From Pavona decussata (taxonomy: Eukaryota), in NCBI GenBank assembly GCA_977016875.1, contig CDRNST010000071.1, positions 868,001-932,000 of the forward strand: a stretch of DNA of 64,000 nucleotides, in the 5' to 3' direction. This document shows, in pieces, positions 24,167 to 37,166 of the stretch. The notes under the pieces are model-generated. The model did no database searches, had not been told where the DNA came from, and saw only the letters and a list, made by a program, of their open reading frames with translations. Positions within the stretch are counted from its first letter, which is position 1; the number at the start of each line of letters is the position of its first letter. Position numbers and translations under genes: made by a program.

Positions 24167-25183
24167 TAGCTTAATTTAGGGGAGACCTTGAAGCCGGGCG
24201 GGGGGGGAGGGTTTTAATCAAACCAGGGGGAGATAGAGTCTTTCAATCAAGCTGCGTTTCGCTCACTGTTAGGAGTTTAAACTAGGGTAAACTCCATGAC
24301 GAGACGTTTTTCGGGTTTTTGTATATGTTGTTAAACACAAGCCAATTGAAATGATTCACGGTTAACATCAAAAGCTATACGAAGGCCTTAGGACCTGCTT
24401 ACATGGACGGCGGGTGAGCCGCCGGCGAAAGGGCCCCCCGCTACCCTGAGCAGGCCAACTATTCATACATATGGCTTTACAAAATACACTGAAATGTTTA
24501 CATGCAAGATCGGTTCACTCGCCTACCAGGGCCAATCCTGGCGTGCTAGAAACTTCACATGTAACGGCTGGGCTATGTTTTAGCTTGGCTGAGATGATAA
24601 CCCAGGCCTGACCCAGGTTACCCGCCCTCCATGTAAATGGCCCTTAGTTGACTCAACACAGGTATTTTTTATGAGCAAACGCAGAGTGTAAAATAGCACT
24701 AACAATCAAGAAAAATAGACAGGTGTTGTTTCCAGGTTTATTTCTTCTTCAGCGACCTCTTCTTAAAGTCTAGCTGAATTGTTTCAACATTGCAATAGAT
24801 AAATAGTTGGTTAACCCACGTAAAAAAAAAAAAAACATTATATTTTCCCTCGTTAATGTTACTGTGAGCCGGTTTCAGCAACTGCTCTGCTCAATAACAA
24901 TTTCGGTTTTTTTCCTTGGAAAATGCCATGTTGAATCCAGGTTTGCAGGACGCGCAAGTAAACAGGAAGAATATTGGAGTGGCGTTTAACTGATTTAGGT
25001 TGAAGATAACAAAGAAGCCGAATGATAATGAAGTAGAAAATACAAAGACAGCAATAAGGAATAAAAATTAGAAATAAGAATTAAAAGCTAGCTAGAAAAA
25101 CGCTCTTTGATACGTTGCTTAAAAATTAAAAAAAGAATTTATGTCTTTAAAAGACTGTTCTAAAAGGTTCCATTCCTTAATAC

Positions 25184-26895
25184 CAGGCGCGGATCCAGGA
25201 TTTTGAAATGGGGGGGTGAATTTTTGTAATAATGTAATTTTTTATAGAGCCAAAGCCTGGTTGAGGTGTTTGAGGTCTGTGCAGCGAAGAGCTCTCAAGG
25301 AGCTTATTAACGTTAACAACAAAGAAATTATTCTCAAAAAAGCAGATAAAGGCAGAACAACCGTCGTTATGAACGGAGAAAACAAAATCAATGACGGACA
25401 GAAACAATTGGATGATAGAAATAACTGTCAGCCACTAGACGAACCAATGGTTAGAGACACATCCCAGAGAGTTAAACACCTCATTAATGCCCTTCATCAA
25501 GCAGGGTGCATAGACGAAATGACGGTTAAATGGTTTAACCTAACACCAAATCCGCCTCGAAGCCCAGTGTTTTATACCCTCAAAAATTCACAAACCGACA
25601 TTAGTCGGAAGTCAAGACCTATCATATCTGGGTGTGATGGCCCAACAGAACGCCTATCATCATTCGTAGACAAACTACTTCAGCCAATAGCACAAATACA
25701 GGACTCGTTTCTAAAAGATACGACACATTTCATAAGGTTTATTGAAAGCACTAGGGTGCCTAGAAACGCTTTTCTAGTCTCAATGGATGTCACTAGCCTT
25801 TACACGAATATCCCACAGGAGGACTGAAAGAATCACTATAGTATGCAACGCATACGAGAACTTTCATGCCAATAATCCTCCTATGGCTACAAATTTCCTC
25901 AGAGAAATGCTCAGCCTTATACTGAAGGAGAACTCCTTCCAAACACACGGAACTGCCATGGGCACTAAAATGGCAGTAGCTTTTGCCAACATCTTTATGG
26001 CATCTATAGAAAAGGAGATCTTAAGGCAGAGCGTTCACAAACCACTAATGTGGAGAAGATTCATTGACGATGTATTTTACTTGTGGGATACAAACAAAGA
26101 AAAAATAGAAAATTCATTGAGCGAGCAAATTCGTACCACCCTACTATAAAGTTTACCGCTGAAGTCTCACAATAAGAAACAACATTCTTGGATACAACAG
26201 TCTATAAGGGACAGAGATTCGAGAAAGAATCGATTCTCGACGTGCGCACACATTACAAACCTACTAAAACATTTCAGTACACAAACTACAACAGCTGCCA
26301 CCCAGCAGGCACTTCTGAGGACAAACGCTTCTAAAGTAGTGTTTGACGAAAACATTAAAAACTTTAAAACACGCCTGGTATCGAGAGCTTATCCTAGTAA
26401 CCGGGTGGACAAAATCCTCTCCGAAGTTAACTTCGCAGAAAGGAAGAACGCTCTTACACAAAAACAGAAAGTGCACAAGAAAATTCTACCCTTCGTGACA
26501 CAATTTCAACCATCACTGCCATGTTTGAAAAATATTCTAATGGACACTGAATGGCATTTAATCAAAACCAGCCGCTACTAAGAGAGATATACAAGGAACC
26601 TCCCTTTATCTATTATAGAAAAGGGAAATGCTTATTAAAGAAAAATTATAAAGGCTTTTATCAACACAATGGGCACACAGCGGGAGTCGTGTAGGTCTGT
26701 CAACCCCATTTCAACAGGCTCAAAATGAATAAATTGATTGGTAGAACCAGTCATCGCTAATGCACATTCTCCACCTCAATTAGAGAAATCAAATATTATT
26801 TCAATATTTGACGGATAAGGAAAAAAAAAAGGAAGGGGGCTCAAAAAAAGGGGGGTGAAAATTCACCCATTTCACCTCCCCTGGATCCGCCCCTG
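25184..26895. mobile_element. CAGG(C/G)GCGGATCCAGG-type non-autonomous DNA element with 5-bp TSD (AATAC)
   Basis: TIRs caggcgcggatccagg / cctggatccgcccctg, each flanked by aatac. Confidence 0.75.
25281..26650 (+). pseudogene. Degenerate Penelope-like reverse transcriptase
   Basis: IILKKADKGRTTVVMN, RPIISGCDGPTERLSSFVD, SMDVTSLYTNIP, GTAMGTKMAVAFANIFM and WRRFIDD, spread over several frameshifts and stops; no GIY-YIG domain seen. Confidence 0.85.
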
Positions 26896-27131
26896 AATAC
26901 CCTGGTAAAGGAGTCTCTTCTTTCCGTAGTTTGTTCGTACGCGTGGAAGACGGAAATCTTTCTTTCTCTAGGTATTATAGGAAGGGATGTTACTGTTCTT
27001 AAGATTGCATACCGAGTCCTCAGTTTTCTAATTTGTTGTTTCTTTTTCGCGGTCTCTTACATAAAGTCGAAACCTCAACTGCGCTTAAAGCTGCAAAAAG
27101 TTATGAATTTTTTTTTTTTGGAGGATAATGG

Positions 27132-27229
27132 TAGCGTCCCACGCAGTCGTTTTTTTTTTTTTTTTTTTTTTTGGGGGGGGGGGGGGGGAGGTAATACGAG
27201 TCCCCTAAAAGCGACTGCGTGGGAGGCTA
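27132..27229. mobile_element. Short MITE with 9-bp TSD (Mutator-like)
   Basis: TIRs tagcgtcccacgcagtcg / cgactgcgtgggaggcta; TSD ggataatgg on both sides. Confidence 0.8.
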
Positions 27230-28167
27230 GGATAATGGTTTCTTAGGATAAGAGTTTGGTTTTCTGGGAATTTTTCTCGTGCAGTTATTCCCAAATAAGA
27301 CAACATGTAGCTCCTTTAATACAAGAAAATGTAAACAAAAAATATAAAAAAAGTTAAAGTTTTCGTTCTGTTCGGCTGAATAATTATTGTTCCACTCAAT
27401 CCGTTCTCTGGCTTAAAACGTTCCCGCATTACTAATCATTATTCTCAGTTACAACAAGGGACACCTCCTATATCTTTTGCACATACTCATCAACAATATT
27501 GTTGATCAATCTGTCTTCGAAAAAGTTGGCCTGTCTATTAATTGTCATCTTCGGCAACTGTCGGCTAGCCTTCTTTTCATCTTCGGAAGTTGTCGGTACT
27601 TTAGCATTTTTCTTTAGTAACTGTCGGCCAATCGTTGCTCCACTGTATAAAATTTCTTTTTTTGTCTTCTATCTGTAAATACAAAGCTCGCTAAATATTA
27701 AGCTATCAATAAATCTCCTGGCAGAAACGTCGTGCGGAAAGTTTTCAGTCATTCAGCTATCATCTCAGAATTAGTTCACCAGCAGAGATGTCGACAATCA
27801 AAACTGCTTTTAGTGGCAGTTTGACTTACTGTTCATAATTAAATTTCTGATATCCAGAGGTAGTTTTACTATATAAAAAACCGGCTTCGTATAAATCCCC
27901 ATTAAATTGCACAAATATTCGTACGCTTGATTAATATGTAATATTTTTCCTGCTTTCAGTTGCTTCGTATGGTAAAGTTGATACCTGTCATATTTTTCCC
28001 AGGATAGCTGAGAGAGCTTGCAACTGTAAAAAGTGCTTTCTTGGTAAAAAAAATTCATCTTTGTCTTACGTTTCGGCTCCAACTTTTCAAAAGCATTAAT
28101 TACCCATGAACTCGCTGAATTTATCCCCTCAAACAGAAGACCTCTTACGTTAGAGACAATCAGACTT

Positions 28168-31100
28168 CTATATAGACACAGGTGGACTTTGAGTTGCGGC
28201 AGGTTTCTTTGGAGGCTTGTACACAAAAAACGCTGGTTGGTTATAAACCCGAGTACTTTGATGTTCCGCCTCCACCCCATGCTCCTGCGGTTGACCCTCT
28301 TCGTTTTTACCGGGTTTGAATGAGCCCGTGTATCGATGGTTCCAGCGGTAAAGTATAAACACGGAAATCAGAACTACTATCATAGCTGCAAGCACTATCA
28401 GTATGATGACCCAGGCCGACACGCCCTTTGGCCTTGGGGTGGGGAGGTCCTGCTGCATTTCAGGAGGCTGGGTCTTAAATTTCGGCAGATTCCTTTTCGG
28501 AGTTGTGAGTGTAGAAGAAGGTGCGGTGCTTCTTGTTGTACCTTCAAAAAAAGCAGACCAAAAACAATGCAATTGAATACATGGATACTTGTTAAAAAGC
28601 GCTTTAAAGTCCAACTAGGGGGCGAAGGGTTAAGAGATCAGACCTCAACGCCGAGAACTCAGTCCTATAACGAACAGCGGTGTTCTTCAATTTCCACATG
28701 GCTAGTAACCAGGCTAAATAATAAATAGTGTAACGTGGTATAGGAGCCATTGGAAATTGCTCGACGTTTCAATGATATGATGATTTAACCAAGACTTGAA
28801 GATGTGTTCTGTGCTTTAGAGTGAGATGTTTAGGGCTCGAAGAGCTTATGACCAGGACGGTAAATTTCCCAAATCTCTATTCAGGTTTTACATCCATGAA
28901 TTTGGCAGAATATATGATGGTTTCNNNNNNNNNNNNNNNNNNNNNNNNNNNNNNNNNNNNNNNNNNNNNNNNNNNNNNNNNNNNNNNNNNNNNNNNNNNN
29001 NNNNNNNNNNNNNNNNNNNNNNNNNNNNNNNNNNNNNNNNNNNNNNNNNNNNNNNNNNNNNNNNNNNNNNNNNNNNNNNNNNNNNNNNNNNNNNNNNNNN
29101 NNNNTCAGATCGATTGATTGATCGATCGATTGAACGAACTAACNNNNNNNNNNNNNNNNNNNNNNNNNNNNNNNNNNNNNNNNNNNNNNNNNNNNNNNNN
29201 NNNNNNNNNNNNNNNNNNNNNNNNNNNNNNNNNNNNNNNNNNNNNNNNNNNNNNNNNNNNNNNNNNNNNNNNNNNNNNNNNNNNNNNNNNNNNNNNNNNN
29301 NNNNNNNNNNNNNNNNNNNNNNNNNNNNNNNNNNNNNNNNNNNNNNNNNNNNNNNNNNNNNNNNNNNNNNNNNNNNNNNNNNNNNNNNNNNNNNNNNNNN
29401 NNNNNNNNNNNNNNNNNNNNNNNNNNNNNNNNNNNNNNNNNNNNNNNNNNNNNNNNNNNNNNNNNNNNNNNNNNNNNNNNNNNNNNNNNNNNNNNNNNNN
29501 NNNNNNNNNNNNNNNNNNNNNNNNNNNNNNNNAGTTTTAAAGACCACAAGTAATCTTGTTATCTATCTTATATATCACCTTCAGTAGGTATTGATGATGG
29601 CTTACAGCTGTCTGAATCGTCTTCACTAGGGGGGCAGTCAGACGTAGACCCTTCCGCCGCTTTGCACTGGCTCTCAAAAGTGGACAACGACCAATTACTG
29701 GGCCAGGCACGCTTAACTCGATCAGTATCTGTTATCGAGAATCCTTTATATCTTAACAATGCATTATCAAGCACGTTGAACTCTTCAAAGTGAAACTGTT
29801 TCAAAAAACCTTTAAACGACACTGATTTGACCTTTGCAGGGAGAAGTACCTCAGGGGGGGCACCGCCGTAGTAAATCACGTTTGACTGGTTGTTGAGATT
29901 GAGTCTATAAAACTTCCCACTGGTATTTCCGGTGGCCTTTCCAGTATTCCCCCTGTCGAGGATGACCGTTAATCGCGTTCTCTTGCGGCGGATCTCCACA
30001 TAATGCCAGCAGCTATCAGATAGAGCATTCTTTCCAGTTTCCAAGACAACAGGGACTGCAGTTTGAATAGAATAGGACACGTCGAAATTGGTCAAATTCT
30101 TGTATAAATTGCTTGTAATGGCCCTGGGTTTGATGTTTCAAAGAGCGGTTAACGCTAAGCTTAGATTAAACAACGATTAAGTTAAAGTCACCTAGCGAGG
30201 TAAGGTAAATCATTATCGGGAGCAGGAATGGCGCAGTGGTGAGAGCACTCGCCTACCACCAATGTGGCCCGGGTTCAATTCCCGGGCTCGGCCTCACATG
30301 TGGGTTGAGCTTATTGTTGGTTCTCATCCTTGCTCCTAAGAGGTTTTTCTCCGGGTACTCCGGTTTTCCCCTCTCCTCAAAAACCAACATTTCCAAATTC
30401 CAAAGTCGTACTGGAGAGTGTCACTCCCCAGTTAGTGCTCTGCGCTGAATACATTGACACTTATTAAATAAATAAAGTTATTTTATTTTAACCTCAGGTT
30501 AAATCTGAAAGTCAGTGAAGAATTCTCGAAGGCTCGACCTGATTAAAAAGTAAAAGTGAGAAAGGCCAGGTGGAAAATCTGGAAACTGAGATGACATCTG
30601 CTAATCAAAACCATCTGCCATAGTACCGTCTCCATCCTGTGGTCATATATGGCTTACAATCTATTAAAAACTCTTCAGGCACAATTTAATAGTCGAATGG
30701 CATAGCCTTTTAATTTCATTTTATTTCATTGTAGTTGTAAGTTGTCTCTCTGGGAAGATCCGTGCAACATAGAGAGGAGTAAAAACGCTGAATCTGCACA
30801 TTGCACGGAAATCAAATTAAATTGGAAAACTGTTTGAAGAGAAAAGAAACAATTCCTTTCAAACCATGACATTTGATCTTAGGTGATCATTTCCTTTATT
30901 CTGTAGTAATATATCAAACACGAGGAGGGATGTGTCCCCCGATTTCCAAACACCTAGAAGTAGGTTGGAAAAACGAGGCGCAGCCGAGATTTTTTTTTTA
31001 CCAACTTCGAGGTGTTTGGAAATAGAAGGAAACCCTCTTTTGAGTGTTTGATATAGCTTCTCAAACTATTGATAATTCTTGGAGAAATTCGAAGCGAAAG

Positions 31101-34100
31101 TTCACAAAATTTTATGATAATTAAGATCACATTTCTAAACCCCCTTCACGGTAGAGAGTGTCCAGGCTGACGTATCTGCTTTCTTGAATATGGCGAGGAC
31201 AAGCTTGCTTTATTAACTTGAAATCGGAAGAAAAACTTGACAAAAGCAACGAAAGCAGAGACGTATAAACGAGACAAAACTACGGCTAAAAACCTTAAGT
31301 CCCACCAGAATGGCAACTGTGATTTGAGCCGGCCGCCCGACTTCAAACTTTATGAACTGTAATTCATAACATTTGGCTATATAACAGTGAAATTAAGGGG
31401 AGGGGAGTATGCTTTTTTGGCCGGACAGTGTCCCTTTAAAGGGTTAAAGCGGCAATAAGCCAGCTGATGCTCAAAGAGATCCTTAGCGACTCTTAAATGA
31501 ACCTCCGTCGAAATGTTGAAAAGACCCTTACATTCCTTAACGCGGTTGCAGAACAACTTACCTTTGCCGCCAAGATTAGCACGCACACGCATACTTCCAT
31601 TTACGAGTTCTACAAGCAAATAGTCTTTATCTTGACCCATGTAAAAAATTAAGCCATCCTTATCTTGTGTTAGGAACATAAAATCTATGGAGTTCCTTTC
31701 TGTTGACAGGAAAGGGCTTTTGTCTTCAAGGCGCTGGGAAATATAACCTCCGCTCTTGTGGACATTCATAAGGACAACGGTAGACTCTGGTGAACAATGA
31801 CAAAAATAATCATTACGAAGACCGAGATTGACAAAGTTAGAATTGATTGAGTGCCTTTTGTACATGTTGGTTTCTTGAACCACAACAAACGAGAAAGTGC
31901 AATGAACCATGATATTTGAAGGGAAAATTGACTGACTTAAATGCGGGCAAACGTAAAAAATAACAAAAATCCGTGAAGATTTCAAAGGTAATAGATTTTG
32001 ACCTTATGCCACTTGGAATCAGCAAAGTCATGTTTAATAAATCGCTCCGCGTGTTTCTCCATTTTTTCAAAAATCCGTTAAGATTTTGACCTTATGCCAC
32101 TTGGAATCAGCAAAGTCATGTTTAATAAATCGCTCCGCGTGTTTCTCCATTTTTTCAAAAATCCGTTAAGATTTCAAAGGTAATAGATTTTTGGCTAGTC
32201 TGTGAGTTTACTAAACCAGCCATGGTACACGAAATCGTAAAATGAAAAAAATGAAAAAATGAAAATAAACTCACGGATTAAAATGAACATGAAAACTTAT
32301 CATCTTTGTGCTCTCGAAGTAAGACTCCTGACGGAGTTTTCCAACGCCAACGCTTTTTAACGTTTGACCGCACTCAAGACTGATACAAAATTTTGCAACT
32401 CGTGCTGAGATTGGAGGAAGGTACGTGAGCCAGATATTACAGAAACATTACAGGACAGAGAGGGAAACTAGGGGCGTTGGCTGGGATGTGTGAATTTCAC
32501 TTAATTTATTTTTGGACATCGTCTAAACGGAAGTTGATTTCCCGAGACGTCCGCAAACCGTCAGTATGACGTCACAGGAAGTCAACTGAGCGTTCCAACG
32601 TTGTATTGTGTAATGGCGGCTGTTGAATATTCAGTATGGTTTTCCTAAGTGGCATTTACAGGCTTCCATTTTCACGGCGTCAAAAAATAGCTTAATTGAA
32701 ATTCACATAGCCTAAGGGCTGTACTGGGGGTCTCCCTCTTTGTCCCCTTATTTTCTCTTGATTCAACTAGTTCCTCACCCTTTCTGCACCTTTCTCCTTC
32801 GAATCCAGTCCCCGCGCAATCACACTCTGATTCCCGTATTTTGTCGATGCATCGACCGCCATGGTAACATGACTGGGCATTGCATGCTCCGGGGCAGCTC
32901 TCGTCAGCATCAGCTGGCCGCTTGCGTATCTTTGCTCTTTCCAAACGACCGTTTGGAGATCGATTTATTCTTATGTCACCAATACATCCTTCAAACAGTC
33001 CAAGGGACAAAGAACTATAAATTTAACAAGGAAACAGAATATTAGTTGTTAGCGTGCATTTGTTTGTTGGTTTGTTTTTTTGTTTGTGGAAAGCACATCT
33101 CCATTTAGCTTGCTGGACGTGCTGTGTAACGCTGTGAGAATTTTAATAATTTATTTCAGTGTGAATTAAAAATAACAAAGCAGTGACACAACCATCATTC
33201 ATTTATGTTCATTTAGCAAATGAAAGTTTTATCAATTTCACTGAAAAATCTGCCCCTGAAACATGACAGCTACATAGTAAATAAACTGTCAAATGAGTTG
33301 GCGATTTTTAGGAAATACGGTCTCAAATCGCTCGGTCTCCAAGCGCGTTATAACGCTTTCGTATTTTTAATTATTGAAACGTTCGATTTTTTGGAGAAAT
33401 CATTGCTTTTGCCAACTTACACACTTGCATATTTTAGGCTTGATTTGTGTGTAAAGTATTAAGCCAGGAATTCGCTGGTGAAGCTTTGTAGCTGAAAAAT
33501 TTGCGATAATCACTAACAACATGACAGTCAAGTAAATATCAATGTTTTACATTACCCCGTATCGAAAACTTCGTCGAATAGTCGAGGATATGACCATTTG
33601 CCTTTCATCATTGGAATTCCAGCTACATACAAGGGGCCGTTCAGGGAAGACTCGTCGTTTTTAGTGAATGTAATGGAAGGTTCTGTCGGGCGAATATCAT
33701 CAATGGAAAATATTACTTCTTTCTCAGATAACTCAATTTTGACCTTATGCCACTTGGAATCAGCAAAGTCATGTTTAATAAATCGCTCCGCGTGTTTCTC
33801 CATTTTTTCACCAATCTTCGCACGAAAGCGAGCGCCTTGGTCTTTGAGAACAAACAAATCCATAAATTGATCTCTTCCGTCAGGGCCGTCTTGGTGGAAA
33901 ATCAAAGCATCTTTGTGTGAGTTTGTCTGGAAGAAAAACTGCAGCGTTGCATTAGGGCTCCAGTTCCACGGCTCGTACACGGCATGCGGAGCTAGTTCGG
34001 CGCTGTGCTTAGTAAACCGGCCAGAAAAACGATAACCTGCGTTGCCTTCAACAAGCACTTCTACCGATGTTAGTAAGGCCATCATCAGCAAAAGGAATAC

Positions 34101-34118
34101 CATAATGTCTTTTAACAT
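28168..34118 (-). CDS. Neurexin-like gene A: signal peptide-LamG-EGF-LamG-Cys loop-S/T stalk-TM-4.1m motif-PDZ-type tail, ~624 aa
   Basis: Exons 34118-33556, 33014-32779, 31786-31562, 30055-29579 and 28541-28168 (GT-AG, in frame, 1875 nt). LamG motifs ADSKWHKV, LYVAGIP and FEGCI; EGF CYHGGRCIDKIRESECDCAGTGFEGERC; TM followed by YRWNHRYTGSFK; ends PVSI. Extra exons could lie in the N gaps at 28.9-29.5 kb. Confidence 0.88.
28925..29532. other. N runs (assembly gap or masking) in gene A intron 4; another at 1017-1166
   Basis: Direct reading; a GATC/GATT-repeat island lies between the two N runs. Confidence 0.95.
30218..30490 (+). mobile_element. tRNA-derived SINE (same family as 17168)
   Basis: tggcgcagtggtgagagcactcgcc, ggttcaattccc, tttttctccgggtactccggtttt and an A/T-rich tail. 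Confidence 0.8.
31995..32157. repeat. Two exact 75-bp copies of gene A exon-1 sequence (33736-33810) in intron 2
   Basis: attttgaccttatgccacttgg...gtttctccattttttca at 31995-32069, 32083-32157 and 33736-33810. Confidence 0.92.
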
Positions 34119-36574
34119 GGTGTGCCAAGCAAAGCTGAGCCCTGACCTTGTATCACAGAAGAGATTTTACTGAAAGTCTTTTGGCATTCTGTTGGCTTAA
34201 AAGCAGGACTTCCTGCATTGCGTTTTAATAACCCGTAGAAAACAAGTTGATTCGCCCGTTCACGTCAACTTTGAACCGCATAGCCACTATCTACCGCTTG
34301 TGACAACCTCATTGGCGAATATTGGTCTGTTCTTATCTCATCAAAAAGCGCAAATTTCGAGGACCAAGTAAAAAATGAAAAAGTAGCTCTCCGCAAACAA
34401 AAACCGTCATAAAAATTTGAAAGTATTAATTACTCTTTCCCGTAGATACTTGCAAATACAGAATTGAGGAACGACCATTGCCAACGCGAATAGTATTTTT
34501 TTTCCTTTTTCACCTGGCCCACGCATTAATGCTTTCATTATTTTTGGTTATTACCCGAAGCTTTAAGGCATCAAAACTGTTGTATTGTGATGTAATTTTC
34601 TCTTTAACCACTCAAAATCCATTTTTGTGCCATAATATCCTTGAAATAGCACTCATTATCATAAGGTAAAATAATACAAGTGAAAACAAAAGTTGTCATT
34701 CATTGTTTAAAATGACCTCGGAAATGTGAAGGTTACTCATTCGACACACTAATTTTGAAGCGCAATTGTTGACAAATATCGAGTAATTTTCTGTTCATTT
34801 TGCGAATCAATTCATTAAAATTCATTAAAAATTCACAGCTTTGTATATGAATATTACGTGGTATCGTTTATTTGAGACAGACTTAAACTATAAATGGAAA
34901 GTTCTTCGGCCCACGAAAATTTTCTAACATCACGTTTTGCCGTTACGTGCCTTTGTAGCACTGTGCGCAGTACAACAGGCTGCAGTGAACGGGAACGCGG
35001 GAAAAGAAGCCCATTAAATAATAATTCATAATCACTCAGCCTTATGTTTTGCTTTGAAAGTGTCTTCGTTAAAATAAACATGATCTACATGGTCGTGGAA
35101 GTGTTACAAATTTTATAGTGGCGAAATTTTGTGTTCTTTGGAGAGACGCTGCATTCCCCATTTCAAGTCTGATTAATACAGTATTTACTCAACGCAAGTG
35201 GAAAATCTCCCATCTTACCCAACAATAGTAACAAAAATAAATGAAAAAATAATACCTTTTTATACAACTCGCGATTGCATCTTCCGGTAGCTTATCAATT
35301 GCTAGCCCACTTGATCTAAAATTTATAGTTAGGTCCATTACAATGCATGTCAAATTTTCCGTTCTAACAAGCCTGATTCCGATAATAAAACTCACTGGTT
35401 TATTTTTCAAACGTATGTTTTATCAACCGTCGTTTGAAAAACTAGTAAATGAAATAATATCTTGCTATGAACAGAGAACGAAAAAAGTGTTTCATTTTTC
35501 ATAGTTAATGCTTTGAACAACGGTTCATAAAAAAAGCGTAACAAAATATAAAATTAAATGCAGAAGATATTTATTAATGCGTACTTTAGTGATTTCAAAC
35601 TAAACTGTCTAAACAACTAACATTATATTTGATTCATGAATCTCCTTAAAAAAAAAAAACAACTATGAAATTGTTCAGTGTTAAAACATGTTCCCGATTT
35701 ATGTCTACTTTCAACGAATGTGATATGAACATGATATTAAAATAATGATGGTTACGATCATACACGCCGATTAATAATCACTCTGGCATTTGTCACGACT
35801 TTAAAAGAAATCTAGGTACCGAGATCAGGAACCCAGCAACTAAAACAATCAATAAATTTTCCATTTCCCTCCAATTTATATAAAACTCATCGACATCGAA
35901 ATTTCTCCTTTCGTATACATGCCTCAAACAAACATTGTGTTATCAATAATATAACAATACTTTTAGGAGTGCTCCTTGCTTGGAATAAATAGTGTCGTTA
36001 TCTACAAAAGATACCCTCATATCGCCTTTCCATTCTTCCCAATTTGTATAGGACTTGTCGCCATAATGGGGGAAGTTGCATCTCCGAGTAAGTTGTTCTT
36101 GACGACTCAAAGGAACATTGGTGAAAAAGAAACGATCATTGTGAGTACATTGTTTTGACAACTTTGTTTTTTATTTTATCGCCTGAATTGCTTCCTATTC
36201 TCAAGCCATCATCTTTCTCACATAAAAACACCTGCCACTGTATTTACTAATTTCAAGAGGCTGCGGTTATCCTTTTTGCTGCTTCAACAATTAAGTTTTA
36301 ATTGAGACTGCTTGATGCCTCACTTAAAACTTGAATCGTGTGGAGAATGAACCCTGAAGAATGGTTCAAATTTAGAATGACTTAAATTGTTTGTCGCAAT
36401 GGTAACTAGAGGCCTTTTATTTCAGTAAAAGACTATCTAATCCTTATTTAAAACTTTCAATCTCGCCTGGAGGAAAGTCAAGCTCGACATAAAGTATAGG
36501 CACGTAATGCGTGCAAAGGGGTCATTCTTTACGATTTCCTGTTCGTTCCCAGTACTTCGTGGTACTAATCCATA

Positions 36575-37166
36575 GATTTCAGATTTTTTTATTATGCACT
36601 ATTTCAAGAGTTTACTACAAAAGGAAATTACAATACATCACAAAAGTAACATAAAGACAACATTAAATTACATAAATATGAAAAGTAAAATGTGCGCAGT
36701 GACCAAAGGAGCTTAGGTTTTCGAGTTGGTCACTGCCACGTGCAGCTAACTGGCGTATAACGTGCAACTAACTAGTAGAACAATACAAAAGACAAGAATA
36801 ATAAGAGTGCATAGAAACATACTTCAATTTTTACATAAAAAAACAATAGAAATGAAAATTGATAGTGAGGGCTGCGAAATCAAATATTCATTGGGTATTT
36901 AAAAGATACAATTTTTATTGCTTGTAGAAGCTATTATATGGGAGTTTTTTTAATTTAAAGGGAATTTTTTCCCAAGTTTTAGATCCAGCAAATGCAAAAG
37001 TGACAGCTCCGTAATTTTTCATTATCCTCGGCCGATGAAAATTAAGGTTCGATACAAATCTGGTGGTGTACCTATGAACTTCAGAGGCAAGAGTTAGGGT
37101 TCCTTTGAAAATCCTAGGGATGTTAGTAGTATTGTTAGTAATTTTATTTACGTACATACATTTCAC
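36575..37166 (-). mobile_element. 5'-truncated LINE (CR1/L2-type) 3' end
   Basis: ORF2 C-terminal-like peptide HRYTTR...YGAVTFAFAGSKTWEKIP, followed by a 3' UTR ending in AATAAA. Confidence 0.7.

Noticed and set aside
28821-29587. ORFs spanning N runs (also 951-1211)
   Set aside because: Open only because of unknown bases.
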